Shown piece after piece: positions 49,340-59,923 of a stretch of 64,000 nucleotides of DNA. The notes beneath the pieces are model-generated. The model did no database searches. It saw nothing but the letters and a program-made list of their open reading frames with translations, and had not been told where the DNA came from. The position numbers were made by a program, and so were the translations under genes. The stretch spans positions 1 through 64,000 of the forward strand of contig JBFMAY010000016.1 of assembly GCA_040755455.1 (NCBI GenBank), given 5' to 3'. The first letter of the stretch is position 1. Every line of letters starts with the position of its first letter. Source of the DNA: Thermodesulfobacteriota bacterium. GTDB lineage: Bacteria; Desulfobacterota; Desulfobulbia; Desulfobulbales; SURF-16.

Positions 49340-50365
49340 ATGACAGCCGATAAACATTTCCATACCATCATCATCGGGGCCGGTCCCGGCGGGCTTGCCT
49401 GCGCCTCAAAGCTTGCGGAAAAGGGCATTGATGTCCTTGTGCTTGAGCGCAACCGGCGTATCGGCCCCAAGGTGTGCGCCGGCGGGGTCACCTGGTCAGG
49501 CCTGGCCCGCCATCTGCCTGACGAACTGATAGAAAAACCTTTCAGCAGTCAGCATATCCGCACCGGCCGCCAGCAAACGGTCATCGCCTCGCCGGAGCCG
49601 ATTATCTCCACCATCAACCGGGAAAACCTCGGCCAATGGATGGCCGCCAAGGCCGCCCGCTCCGGCGCAACCATCATGACAGGAACCCATGTGACGGCTA
49701 TCGGCGAAAAAGAGGTGATCGCCGGCTCGGCGCGCTTCACCTACGACTTTCTGGTGGGGGCTGACGGCAGCAACTCCCTGGTGCGGCGTTATCTGCAAAT
49801 CCCTGCGGTGCATATCGGCGCCGGAGTGCAGTATCTGGTGCCGGGCCACTTTGATGAAATGGTCTGGCATCTTGACCCTGACCAATTCGCCACGGGATAT
49901 GCCTGGATTTTCCCTCACAAAAACTGCGCGTCGGTCGGGGCTTACGCCAACCGGGCCGATATGTCCCCAAAGGTTCTCCAGGAAAAATTACACCACTGGA
50001 TGGTTGAACATGGTATGAACACGGTGGGACTGAAAGCCCGGGCCGCCACCATCAATTTTGATTACCGGGGCTTCCGCTTCGGCAACAGGCTGCTGGTGGG
50101 CGATGCGGCGGGACTGGCCTCGGGACTGACCGGCGAGGGCATTTATTCCGCAGTCTGTTCCGGTGAGGCTGCAGCCCGGACCATCATTGACCCCGACCAC
50201 AGGGATCCGAAACTTGCCAGGCTCATTAAAAAGCACCGGCGCCACAGCCGGCTGCTGCGCCTGTGCGGTGCCAACCGGCGGTTGGCCAAGATGATCCTGG
50301 AGTTCCTTGTTGCCGCGCTCAGAATGAAAATCATCCCTTTCCGCGCCCTGGAAATGGGGGAATAA
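49340..50365 (+). CDS. Geranylgeranyl-reductase-family FAD-dependent oxidoreductase
   Basis: GAGPGG, KVCAGG, GADGSNS, GYAWIFP, VGDAAGL...GEGI. Confidence 0.88.
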   Translation: MTADKHFHTIIIGAGPGGLACASKLAEKGIDVLVLERNRRIGPKVCAGGVTWSGLARHLPDELIEKPFSSQHIRTGRQQTVIASPEPIISTINRENLGQWMAAKAARSGATIMTGTHVTAIGEKEVIAGSARFTYDFLVGADGSNSLVRRYLQIPAVHIGAGVQYLVPGHFDEMVWHLDPDQFATGYAWIFPHKNCASVGAYANRADMSPKVLQEKLHHWMVEHGMNTVGLKARAATINFDYRGFRFGNRLLVGDAAGLASGLTGEGIYSAVCSGEAAARTIIDPDHRDPKLARLIKKHRRHSRLLRLCGANRRLAKMILEFLVAALRMKIIPFRALEMGE

Positions 50366-50453
50366 TTCATAAAAATCCTTAAAAAATGAACTTTAACCCG
50401 TTTTTTGACCTCCTATACATCAACACCATGCAAACAGACAGGACAATTCCATA

Positions 50454-50726
50454 ATGGCAATAAGCACAAAAGCAAAAAAGACCTTTTTCTACAACCTGAT
50501 CTTCGTTGTCTTCTGCGGCGGCGTATTCTTTTTTCTATGGAGTGCTCCTCCGGAGACCACAGCCTTTCTTCCCCACGACGAGAAGCACGAACGCTTTTTC
50601 CCCATGGATAAAAAAGAGGCGGAAAAATTCTGTGAAAGCTGCCACAGGCCGGACGGCGAGGCGCCTCTGCCGCCGGACCATCCGCCCAAATACCGTTGTC
50701 TTTTCTGCCACAAGAGAACCAGATAA
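50454..50726 (+). CDS. Small membrane-anchored diheme cytochrome c
   Basis: N-terminal TM; CESCH and CLFCH; extra His residues as candidate distal ligands. Confidence 0.8.
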   Translation: MAISTKAKKTFFYNLIFVVFCGGVFFFLWSAPPETTAFLPHDEKHERFFPMDKKEAEKFCESCHRPDGEAPLPPDHPPKYRCLFCHKRTR

Positions 50727-50746
50727 CATCCTTGTCCGTCCCGCTG

Positions 50747-51217
50747 ATGAAAACCTCCGTCAACCTCGTCCTCGACACCCTGGCCAGAACCATGCAATGG
50801 GGCCGCCATTTAGGCCAGCAGGCCCTGGCCGGTGATATTTTCACCCTGTCAGGCGATCTCGGCAGCGGCAAAACAACCCTGACCCAGGCCATAGGCCAGG
50901 GTCTTGCCGTGCCAGCCGGCTGTTACATCACCAGCCCGACCTTCAGCCTCCTCCACGAGTATCCCGGCCGTATTCCCCTGTATCATATGGACCTCTACCG
51001 CCTGGCCACAGCCGATGAGGTTCTCGAACTTGGTTTTGAGGATTATCTCTACGGCGACGGCCTGACGGTCATTGAATGGCCTGACCGCCTGCAGGACCTG
51101 ATGCCGGCCAGCCGGCTGGACATCAACCTCGCCTTTACCGGCGAAAACAGCCGCCAGGCTGTCCTCACCGCATACGGCACCATGGTGCCCCGCCTCACAT
51201 CTTTCCTGCCCGAATAA
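50747..51217 (+). CDS. tsaE: tRNA t6A biosynthesis ATPase TsaE
   Basis: GDLGSGKTT, SPTFSL, HMDLYRL, IEWP. Confidence 0.93.
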   Translation: MKTSVNLVLDTLARTMQWGRHLGQQALAGDIFTLSGDLGSGKTTLTQAIGQGLAVPAGCYITSPTFSLLHEYPGRIPLYHMDLYRLATADEVLELGFEDYLYGDGLTVIEWPDRLQDLMPASRLDINLAFTGENSRQAVLTAYGTMVPRLTSFLPE

Positions 51218-51297
51218 AAAAATTGACTTTTCACCGATGAAAAGAAAATAATATTCTTTATTTACTGAAGTCGCAGCCTGACAACCCACAGGGGACA

Positions 51298-52419
51298 ATG
51301 GAAAGCAAACCGCAGATCACCATACTCATCGTCGACGACACCCCGATCAACCTGAAACTCCTGCAGATTTCCCTGGAGAGGGAGGGATACAAGGTTATCT
51401 CCGCCGGTAACGGGGTACAGGCCCGGGAACTTGTCCTCAAATACCTGCCGGACCTGATCCTGATGGATATCATCATGCCCAAGGAGAGCGGCTTCGAGGT
51501 GCTGGAGAAACTGCAGAGAAACCCGAAGACCAATGCAATTCCAGTGATCTTTCTGACCGGCAACGATGATCTCTCGTCCAAGGTAAAAGGCTTTGAACTC
51601 GGGGCGGTGGATTACATCGTCAAGCCGTTCAATACCACGGAGGTCCTGGCCCGGGTCCGGCTGCATCTGAAACTGAGCCTGGCCACCAAGGCGCTGGTAA
51701 AACGGCAGACGGAAAAGCTCAAGCAGCTGCATGATGCCCAGGCCGCCATGCTGGTGAATCCTCTTGATCTTCCCCGGGCCAATTTCGGCATCTACTACTC
51801 TTCCCTGCTTGAAGCAGGCGGGGACTTTTATGACGTGCTGCAGGTTTCCGATAATATCTCGGTTTACATGGTGGTTGACGTCTCGGGCCACGATATCGGC
51901 ACAAGCTTTATCACCGCTGCCGTAAAAGCCCTTATCCAGCAGAATTCATCGCTGATCTACAGCCCGTCCGACACCATGAAGATGATGAACAGCGTCCTCA
52001 TCGATATTCTGCCAGAGGATAAATATCTGACCGCCGTCTATGCCCGCCTGAACCGGCAGACACTCATCATGTCCCTGGTGAACGCCGGCCATCCGCCGGT
52101 GCTCTATGTTCCGGTCAAGGGACCGGCCGAGTTTATCACCGCCCGGGGAACGCCGGTGGGCATCTTAAGCGATGCCTATTTCGAGACATGTGACATGAAG
52201 GTAAGCCAGGGGGACCGGTTCTATATCTACTCGGACGGACTGCTGGAAAGGGTGGGATCACGCCAGGTATGGACGGCATTGACCCATGAACTGCCGCCGC
52301 TGGTCGAGGAACTGCGGGATATTCCGGTCCAGCAGGCGGCAAAACAGCTCAATGAAAGGGTCCGCGCCCATAAGAGCGAGCCGGATGATGATATTGTCAT
52401 CATGTCCATCGAGGTCTGA
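51298..52419 (+). CDS. Response regulator with PP2C/SpoIIE phosphatase output (RsbU/RsbY-like)
   Basis: REC; GGDFYD, DVSGH, NAGHPP, SDGLLE, DDIVI. Confidence 0.92.
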   Translation: MESKPQITILIVDDTPINLKLLQISLEREGYKVISAGNGVQARELVLKYLPDLILMDIIMPKESGFEVLEKLQRNPKTNAIPVIFLTGNDDLSSKVKGFELGAVDYIVKPFNTTEVLARVRLHLKLSLATKALVKRQTEKLKQLHDAQAAMLVNPLDLPRANFGIYYSSLLEAGGDFYDVLQVSDNISVYMVVDVSGHDIGTSFITAAVKALIQQNSSLIYSPSDTMKMMNSVLIDILPEDKYLTAVYARLNRQTLIMSLVNAGHPPVLYVPVKGPAEFITARGTPVGILSDAYFETCDMKVSQGDRFYIYSDGLLERVGSRQVWTALTHELPPLVEELRDIPVQQAAKQLNERVRAHKSEPDDDIVIMSIEV

Positions 52420-52421
52420 GC

Positions 52422-52844
52422 ATGGAGGATTTTATCTGCAGAGAAAACAGCAACTCCATCTCCTGCAGCTTTTCCTCAACCCTGGCCAATGTCGACCGGG
52501 CGGTTGACACCATAAAAAATTTTCTGCGCAGCCGCGAGATCACCTTCAGCCAGTTCGAGCTGATGTTTGTCTTAAGAGAGGCGCTCAATAACGCCGTCAT
52601 TCATGGCAACGAAAAAGACAGCAGCCTGCAGGTGGACTGCAGCCTGCGCCTTGACCAGGATGCGCTCACCATTACCGTAACCGATCAGGGCAAGGGTTTT
52701 GACTGGCGGCGGCAGATGATAAAAAATCCGGTTTCCACCAGCACCCCTTCCGGCCGGGGGCTGAATTCCATGGAACGTTACGGTTTTGCCATGCGCTTCA
52801 ATGATGCCGGCAATACGCTTTATTTAACAAAAAAAATCATATAA
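52422..52844 (+). CDS. Anti-sigma factor / serine kinase (RsbW-like)
   Basis: EALNNAVIHGN, DQGKGF, GRGL. Confidence 0.9.
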   Translation: MEDFICRENSNSISCSFSSTLANVDRAVDTIKNFLRSREITFSQFELMFVLREALNNAVIHGNEKDSSLQVDCSLRLDQDALTITVTDQGKGFDWRRQMIKNPVSTSTPSGRGLNSMERYGFAMRFNDAGNTLYLTKKII

Positions 52845-52895
52845 TGTATACTGATGGATATGTCAGGATTTTAAAACCACCAAGGGAAAAAGACC

Positions 52896-53198
52896 ATGAG
52901 TCATATAGAAAGAAAAAACGGCGTGGTAACCATGAAGCCGGGGATAGACATTGTTGCCTCACAATGCGCCAGCCTGAAGCAGGAGTTTGTTGAAATCATC
53001 AACAGCGGTGAAAAAAAAATCGTCATCGACTTTTCCGCGACCGAGATGATCGATTCATCAGGAATAGGCCTGCTTATTTCCATCCGCAACAGCCTTGCCA
53101 ATTACGGCGGCGGCGAGATTGAACTGCTCAACCTGTCCGAGGATCTCAAGCAGCTTTTCAAGGTGATGAAGCTCGATAATCATTTTAAAATCAGCTGA
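52896..53198 (+). CDS. STAS anti-anti-sigma factor (RsbV-like)
   Basis: IDSSGIGLL phospho-Ser motif. Confidence 0.9.
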   Translation: MSHIERKNGVVTMKPGIDIVASQCASLKQEFVEIINSGEKKIVIDFSATEMIDSSGIGLLISIRNSLANYGGGEIELLNLSEDLKQLFKVMKLDNHFKIS

Positions 53199-53246
53199 AC
53201 AATCCGACCATGGCAACCTGCTCGAAAAAGCTCAGGAGAATGTGCA

Positions 53247-56200
53247 ATGCCCTTGATTGATGATGACGAAACCCTGCTGGCTTTTGTTGAAGAATCAAAA
53301 GAACATCTGGATGGCATTGAAGCCGACCTGCTGGCCATCGAGGAGGCCGGCGCCAATATTGATGCCGACATAGTCAACAAAGTTTTCCGCGCCGTGCACT
53401 CACTGAAGGGAGGCGCCGGCTTTCTCGGCCTTGACAAGGTAAAGGAACTGGCCCATGCCTCGGAAAATCTGATGAACCTCATCAGAAACGGGGAGCTTGT
53501 GCCAACCCCCTCCATCGTCAGCACCCTGCTTGACGCCACCGATCTTCTCGGCAAGATGATAAGCAATGCCGCCGCCAGCAATGATGTGGATATTTCCGCC
53601 CATATCACGGCCCTGCAGAAGGCTGTCTCCGCCAATCTCAATGATGAGGAGAAGCCGACCCTGGAAAACACCGTTGCCCTGGGAACCGCCGACCAGCCGG
53701 ATATCTTCAGCATCAGTGAGTTTGAACTCAATGCCGCCACGAAAGGGGGCAACAACCTCTTCATCCTCGAATACGACCTGATTGCCGATATCGAACAGCA
53801 GGGCAAAACACCCCTTGCCGTTATCAGAGAACTGCAGCAAACCGGCCAGTTGATTGACAGCAGAGTGGATATCGCCTCTGTGGGCGATCTGACGGCTGAT
53901 ATCGCCACCATGCGGATTCCTTTTTTTGCCCTTTTTGCCACCATCATGGAACTGGACCTGCTGACGGGTTTTCTCGGCATCGACTCAGCCAAGGTCCATG
54001 CCGTCAATACGGTGGAAGTTCTCTCGTGCGCCAAACAGGGTAAAGGGGAACAAGCCGCCCCGCCAACCCAGCCGGAACAGGCGCCGTCCACAGCACAGAG
54101 CACCCCCATACAATCAGGCCCTGCGCCCAAACAGCCGGCCGACGCCCCATCCACGCCGCCACCGGACGCGCTCTCCACCGGGGAGATCTCCGGGCAGATG
54201 ACCCATGAGGAGAGTACGGCGAAACCGGCAACCGGCAAAGCCGCGCCGCCTTCTGCGCCGAAGGAAGGGCTGCAGCTCAAGGCTGAAACCAATCTGCGGG
54301 TAAGCGTCAAAATCCTGGACAACCTGATGACCTTGGCGGGAGAGCTTGTCCTGACCCGCAACCAGTTGGTCCAGGCGGTTGCCTCCCGCAACCAGCAGGG
54401 GGTTGACAACGTTTCCCAGCGGCTTAATCTGGTGACCTCCGAACTGCAGGAGGCGATCATGTCCACCAGGATGCAGCCCATCGGCAATATATTCAACAAG
54501 TTCAAACGGGTTGTCCGTGATCTCTCCAGGGATCTGGGCAAAGAGGTCAATCTTATCATTGAAGGAGAAGAGGTTGAGCTTGACAAGACCATTATCGAGG
54601 CCATCGGTGATCCCCTGACCCATCTGGTCAGAAACTCGGTGGATCACGGCATTGAAGTCCCCGCCATATGCCTGCAGAACAACAAACCCCCAACCGGACT
54701 GCTGCGCCTGAGCGCCTTCCACGAAGGAGGCCAGGTCATCATTGAGATTGAGGACGACGGCGCCGGCATCAACACGGACAAGCTGAAGGTCAAGGTGCTG
54801 GAAATGGGCCTCTATGACCGGGTCCAGTTGGAATCCATGTCCGCCAAGGAATTGAACAAGCTGATCTTTACCCCCGGCCTGTCCACGGCCAAGGTGGTAA
54901 CCGATGTTTCCGGCCGGGGGGTGGGCATGGATGTGGTCCATACCAATCTCTCCAAATTAGGCGGCGTCATCGACATCGCCTCCTCGCTGGGCCTGGGCAC
55001 CACCATTACCATCAAACTGCCGCTGACCCTGGCCATTATCCCCAGCCTGATTGTCACCTGCCAGCAGGAACGTTTCGCCATCCCCCAGGTCAACCTGGTC
55101 GAACTGGTCCGGGTACCGGCAGGCCAGGTGAAGGAACGGATTGAAAAAATCGGCGACGCGCTGGTCATTCGCCTGCGGGGCGAACTGCTGCCCCTGGTCC
55201 ACCTGCGCGAAGCCCTGGGCATCAAAAATCCGGTTTATCTTGATCCGGCAAGCCGGGAAATAAAAGATGAGCGCCGGGTGAATCTCTCCGATCCCCGCGG
55301 CGGCGAAAAAGGCGGGAGCACTCCCGCAGCCGATGAAACCACGCTCCAGCAGGCGGAATTCATTGAAAAGCGGCAGGGCGGCGACCGCCGTGTCAACCCC
55401 ATGAGCGCCTATAATATCCTGGTCCTCGCCTCCGGTGATTTCCATTACGGCCTGATCGTTGATCAGCTCCTCGACTCCGAGGAAATCGTGGTGAAACCGC
55501 TGGGCTCCCATCTGCGCAACTGCAAATGTTATGCGGGCGCGACCATTCAGGGCGACGGCCGGGTTGCCCTGATCCTTGATGTGGTCGGCATCAGCGCCCA
55601 GATGAAACTGAACATGGTGGCGGACAAAGTGAAAGCGCAGATGCTGCAGATAAAAGACGAAAAGGCCGGAATGGAAGACTCGCAATCGCTGCTCATCGTC
55701 ATGAATGGCCCGGGAGAACAGATGGCCATCCCCCTTGGTCTGGTTTCCAGAATTGAACGGATCAAAAACGCGGATATCACGGTAACCGCAGGCCGCAGAA
55801 ACATCCAGTACCGCGGAGGCAGTCTGGCCCTTTTCGGCGTTGAGGAGGTGGCCAGCGTCGGCATGCGGGAACAGAGTGCCGAAGCATGCTATGTGGTTGT
55901 TTTTCCCATGGCCGGCCGTGAAGTTGGCATCACGGTCAGCGAAATCGTCGACATCCTTGACGCCAAGCTCAAAATCGATGATGTCACCCATAAACAACCG
56001 GGCATTCTCGGTTCAATGATCATCTTTGACCGGATCACCCTGCTGGTCGATCTTTACGGGGTGGTGGCCGGCATCATGCCTGAATGGGCCCTTATCAAGA
56101 GCCAGGCTGATGCGGGCGAAGACAAGAAATTTAACATCCTCATCGTTGAGGACTCCCGGTTCTTCATGAACCAGATCGAAAATTTCGTGGTGGAGGCAGG

Positions 56201-56498
56201 CTACAAGGCCTTTACCGCGGAAGACGGGGTGGAGGCCCTGCAGGTCCTTAACGAGGAACAGATCCACCTGGTGCTGACCGATATTGAAATGCCGAACATG
56301 GATGGGCTGGAGCTGACCAGAAACATCAGACGTGACAGCCGGTGGTCGTCCCTGCCGGTCATCGCCGTCACATCCGTTGCCGGGGAGGCGGCCGAGCAGA
56401 ACGGCAGGCAGGCAGGGGTTGACGAATATCTGATCAAACTGGACCGGGAACAGATCATCGAAAAAATTCATTTTTACCTGAAAAACAAACAGCGCTAA
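53247..56498 (+). CDS. cheA: Hybrid CheA (HPt, dimerisation, HATPase, two CheW domains, REC)
   Basis: FRAVHSLKG, HLVRNSVDHGIE, DVSGRGVGMDVV, LPLTLAI, second CheW-like domain, C-terminal REC (TDIEMP). Confidence 0.95.
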   Translation: MPLIDDDETLLAFVEESKEHLDGIEADLLAIEEAGANIDADIVNKVFRAVHSLKGGAGFLGLDKVKELAHASENLMNLIRNGELVPTPSIVSTLLDATDLLGKMISNAAASNDVDISAHITALQKAVSANLNDEEKPTLENTVALGTADQPDIFSISEFELNAATKGGNNLFILEYDLIADIEQQGKTPLAVIRELQQTGQLIDSRVDIASVGDLTADIATMRIPFFALFATIMELDLLTGFLGIDSAKVHAVNTVEVLSCAKQGKGEQAAPPTQPEQAPSTAQSTPIQSGPAPKQPADAPSTPPPDALSTGEISGQMTHEESTAKPATGKAAPPSAPKEGLQLKAETNLRVSVKILDNLMTLAGELVLTRNQLVQAVASRNQQGVDNVSQRLNLVTSELQEAIMSTRMQPIGNIFNKFKRVVRDLSRDLGKEVNLIIEGEEVELDKTIIEAIGDPLTHLVRNSVDHGIEVPAICLQNNKPPTGLLRLSAFHEGGQVIIEIEDDGAGINTDKLKVKVLEMGLYDRVQLESMSAKELNKLIFTPGLSTAKVVTDVSGRGVGMDVVHTNLSKLGGVIDIASSLGLGTTITIKLPLTLAIIPSLIVTCQQERFAIPQVNLVELVRVPAGQVKERIEKIGDALVIRLRGELLPLVHLREALGIKNPVYLDPASREIKDERRVNLSDPRGGEKGGSTPAADETTLQQAEFIEKRQGGDRRVNPMSAYNILVLASGDFHYGLIVDQLLDSEEIVVKPLGSHLRNCKCYAGATIQGDGRVALILDVVGISAQMKLNMVADKVKAQMLQIKDEKAGMEDSQSLLIVMNGPGEQMAIPLGLVSRIERIKNADITVTAGRRNIQYRGGSLALFGVEEVASVGMREQSAEACYVVVFPMAGREVGITVSEIVDILDAKLKIDDVTHKQPGILGSMIIFDRITLLVDLYGVVAGIMPEWALIKSQADAGEDKKFNILIVEDSRFFMNQIENFVVEAGYKAFTAEDGVEALQVLNEEQIHLVLTDIEMPNMDGLELTRNIRRDSRWSSLPVIAVTSVAGEAAEQNGRQAGVDEYLIKLDREQIIEKIHFYLKNKQR

Positions 56499-56585
56499 TC
56501 GCGGGCGACAGCAGGGCCCTACCCTGCTGCCTTGAGCAGCGGAAACGGGCCGCCATTGTTACCTGGCAACGCAAGGAAACCGGAT

Positions 56586-57041
56586 ATGCAACAATCTGCA
56601 GGGAAAACATCGCAAAACACCAGGGAACTGGCCATCTTTCAGGTGGGAGAAATGCCGTGCGGGCTGGATACTTCCTGGGTGCGGGAGATTATCAAAAACA
56701 CCCAGATTACCAAGGTCCATCTCGCCCCTGATTATGTCAGGGGGGTCATCAATCTGCGCGGCGAAATCGCCACGGTCATTGATCTGCGGAAAAAATTTTC
56801 CCTTGCCCCCTGTGAGGACGACGGGAAAATGGAGATTGTCGTGGTGCGGCGCAGCTCTGAAAACATCGGCATCCTGGTTGACCAGGTGCGGGATGTTGTC
56901 TGGGCTGACGGCAAAAACATCACACCGCCGCCCTCCAATATCAGCGGCGTAACCGGTGTTTTTTTTGAAGGTATCTACAAAATGGAACGGGAACTGGTCG
57001 CCATCCTCAACATCGACGAACTGCTGAAAACCGGAGACTGA
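56586..57041 (+). CDS. cheW: Chemotaxis adaptor CheW
   Basis: GVINLRGEIATVIDLR, GILVDQV. Confidence 0.92.
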   Translation: MQQSAGKTSQNTRELAIFQVGEMPCGLDTSWVREIIKNTQITKVHLAPDYVRGVINLRGEIATVIDLRKKFSLAPCEDDGKMEIVVVRRSSENIGILVDQVRDVVWADGKNITPPPSNISGVTGVFFEGIYKMERELVAILNIDELLKTGD

Positions 57042-57062
57042 GAAGAGGGAGCATCTCCCGGG

Positions 57063-58706
57063 TCATTTTTGCTGCAGCACCTCATTGATTGCCGCCCCCA
57101 CTTGTTCGGCGGTAAAAGGTTTCAACAGGATCATATTGACTCCCACCTCAAAAGCCTCCCGGTGGTCTGGGCTGTCACTCTGGGTCGTCACCATAATGAT
57201 CGGCAGCTCCTGGGGCGAGTAAAGCGCCCGCAGCTGGCGCGTCAGCTCAATGCCGGTAATGTCAGGCATGTTCAGATCGGTCAACAGCACGTCCGGCTTG
57301 CGGGCAAAAACTTTTTCAATGGCCGTGGCCGGAAACTCAAACAGCTGCGGCTCCATGCCAAGCTGGTAGAGGGTGTTCTTGTAAATGGCAAGAATCATCC
57401 GGGAATCATCAACCGCATAGACCAGCACTTTCTTCTCCTGCCTGCCGATCTTTTCCGCGACCAGCCTGTCGGCCAGATCAATGTAGCCTTTGGCCCTGAA
57501 CAGCTCCTCATAACGCTTTTTCAGATCAGGATGGGCCTTGCTGTTCAGAAATTTAACCGCCAGATCCTGAAACACGGGAAAATCGATAATGCTGAACACG
57601 ATTTTATGGGATTCGGAATTGAGAAAGGCCTCGGTCACATGCTCGGCGTCCCGGCCGCCCTGCCCCACCAGATTCTGCACGCCGGCAATGAGGATGTCAT
57701 CGCAGTTCCATTCAATGGCCCTGGCCGCGGCAATGCGCACCTGATCAACCGGATCGGTCAGTCCTTCCGCCAGCACATAGGCCCCCTTGGCCAGGGGCAT
57801 CATGCCCAGGGCTTCATAGGCGGCGAAGCGAACATTGGCGTCGGCCGGTTCCTCGTGCAGCAGCTTGCGCACCGCCCGCACCGCGCTGATATCGCCGATA
57901 TACCCAAGCACGTTGAGCGAATGGACCAAGAGATCAACATCCGGGCTTGCCAAATTGGCAACAAGCATGGGAATGGCCTTGGCGCCGATCCTGGCCAGCC
58001 TGCTCTTCACATGATTTCTGATATAGGCATGCGGTGAGTTGAGTTCCTTGTTGAGCTGCTCCAAGGCCAGGGCATCCTGCAGATTGGCCAGGGCGTCGAT
58101 GATGATGAGGTCAAGATCACTGTCCGTGCCCATCCGCTCGACAAGGCGCTGCACCGAGGTGGGCGTATCAATGCTGGACAGGGCGTTGATGGCGGCGATC
58201 ACCAGCTCCCGGTGCCCGGAATAGAGAAAATCACTCAACGTGTTGGTCGGGGCAGGATCGCCAATAGCACCCAGGGCAATGAGGCAGGCCTTCATCAACC
58301 CCAGGTCATCAGTGGTGGCGGCGAGGATCTCTTCCAGAACAGGGATGGCCTCGGCATACTGAATTTCCCCGGCAAGCTCGACCAATACCTGCTTCTGCCG
58401 CAGCTGCTCGCCGGTCAGCAGGGTCAACAGCTGCCCGGGGCTTTTCATCACCCGGCCCAGCAGCAGATTGCGGATAACCGCCTTCGGGATGGCTACCCCT
58501 TTTTCACTGACCAGCAGCCGGGCCAGCAGGGGGACAACCAACTCCCCCTCCAGCCCTGCCAGATGGGCAACAAACTGATTCTGGCCTTTGGCGTCAAGCT
58601 GATCAAAATGGTCGAGGAGAATGGTGCCTTTAATGATGTCGCCTGCGGCAACAACATGCCGCAGTTCGGCAAGCACATCATCCAGTGGTATTTTCTGTGT
58701 CATCAT
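57063..58706 (-). CDS. HEAT-repeat protein with C-terminal receiver domain
   Basis: Repeated ALG/VR..AA HEAT motifs; AVDDS...TDLNMP...KPF. Confidence 0.88.
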   Translation of the reverse strand: MMTQKIPLDDVLAELRHVVAAGDIIKGTILLDHFDQLDAKGQNQFVAHLAGLEGELVVPLLARLLVSEKGVAIPKAVIRNLLLGRVMKSPGQLLTLLTGEQLRQKQVLVELAGEIQYAEAIPVLEEILAATTDDLGLMKACLIALGAIGDPAPTNTLSDFLYSGHRELVIAAINALSSIDTPTSVQRLVERMGTDSDLDLIIIDALANLQDALALEQLNKELNSPHAYIRNHVKSRLARIGAKAIPMLVANLASPDVDLLVHSLNVLGYIGDISAVRAVRKLLHEEPADANVRFAAYEALGMMPLAKGAYVLAEGLTDPVDQVRIAAARAIEWNCDDILIAGVQNLVGQGGRDAEHVTEAFLNSESHKIVFSIIDFPVFQDLAVKFLNSKAHPDLKKRYEELFRAKGYIDLADRLVAEKIGRQEKKVLVYAVDDSRMILAIYKNTLYQLGMEPQLFEFPATAIEKVFARKPDVLLTDLNMPDITGIELTRQLRALYSPQELPIIMVTTQSDSPDHREAFEVGVNMILLKPFTAEQVGAAINEVLQQK

Positions 58707-59074
58707 TCGCTTCTTTCCTGATCGGCATCGGTCAGCAACCCGCCCTGATACTTTACCACATTGTACAGAGCGAGAGAACTATCAGGATCAAGACTGATAT
58801 ATTCCAACCCCATGCCGAAAGCTCTGCCGCTCTCGGCCCCCATTACCCTGCTGACTTTACATGAGGCCCGCACCTCGATCCGGTCCTCGCCGCACTCGAG
58901 CACGAGCAGCAGACTGCCCCGCGTGCCGACGGGAAGGGGGGCGTCGGTGCGGAGAAATAGCCCGGACATGCTGATATTTTCACATCGATGATCTATACGC
59001 ACCTGGCCCTCTGCTGCAAAAGAGGCCAGTACGACGAAATCAACCCGGGGATGCCTTCTTCTTTCCGTTTTCAC
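58703..59074 (-). CDS. PilZ-domain c-di-GMP-binding protein
   Basis: RRHPR and NISMSG motifs. Confidence 0.9.
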   Translation of the reverse strand: MKTERRRHPRVDFVVLASFAAEGQVRIDHRCENISMSGLFLRTDAPLPVGTRGSLLLVLECGEDRIEVRASCKVSRVMGAESGRAFGMGLEYISLDPDSSLALYNVVKYQGGLLTDADQERSE

Positions 59075-59092
59075 ATGTTCTCCTGCGGCCTT

Positions 59093-59923
59093 TTATTTCA
59101 AAGAATAAAAGACCGAATTATGATACTCACGGCGGACAAAACGATCAGTCACGCCGAAAAGCGACTCCGTGGAGCCGATAATCAGGGCGCCATGGGGATG
59201 AAGCTGGGCGGCAAGACGCTCAAAAAGAGATTTCCGGTTGGGCAAACTGAAGTAAATGGCCACATTGCGGCAGAAAATGATATCAAATTTCCCCATGGTG
59301 ACGAATGGTTCCATCAGATTGATCTTCCGGAAAAACGTCATGGCCCGGAGTTCGTCCTTGACCCGCCAGCTCAAGCCATCCGGCACAAAATACTTCTTCA
59401 GCATGTTCTGCGGAAACCCGCGGCCTATTTCGAACTGGGAATACAGCCCGCGGCTCGCCTGCACGATGGCCGTATCGGAAATATCCGTGCCGGTAATCTT
59501 GATGCGGTACTGGGCCATGGAACTGCCCAGCAGCTCATGCAGGGTCACGGCAATGGTGTAGACTTCCTGGCCGGTGGAACAGGCAGCGCTCCAGATATTG
59601 ACTGATTTGCCGCCCCCGCCGGCCCGGGAGGCAACATCCAGCACGTCGGGAATAATCTTGAATTTCAGCAGCTCAAACGGCCGCTGGTCCCGGAAGAATG
59701 ACGTCTCATTGGTACTGATGGCGTCAATGATGTGATTTGCCAGTTCCGGGCTGCGCACCGCCTGATTGTAAAGATCGCCGAACGAGACGAGATTCTTCTC
59801 CCTGAGCAGGGGCAGGAGCCGGGATTCGACCAGATAGGCCTTGGAGGAATCGAGGACGATACCGCTTTTGTCATGGACAAACCGGGCAAGCCGCTGCAAT
59901 TCCTCCGGCGTGACCTTCATCAT
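59093..59923 (-). CDS. cheR: Chemotaxis methyltransferase CheR
   Basis: TNETSFFRD, WSAACSTGQE, DIIFCRNV. Confidence 0.95.
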   Translation of the reverse strand: MMKVTPEELQRLARFVHDKSGIVLDSSKAYLVESRLLPLLREKNLVSFGDLYNQAVRSPELANHIIDAISTNETSFFRDQRPFELLKFKIIPDVLDVASRAGGGGKSVNIWSAACSTGQEVYTIAVTLHELLGSSMAQYRIKITGTDISDTAIVQASRGLYSQFEIGRGFPQNMLKKYFVPDGLSWRVKDELRAMTFFRKINLMEPFVTMGKFDIIFCRNVAIYFSLPNRKSLFERLAAQLHPHGALIIGSTESLFGVTDRFVRREYHNSVFYSLK

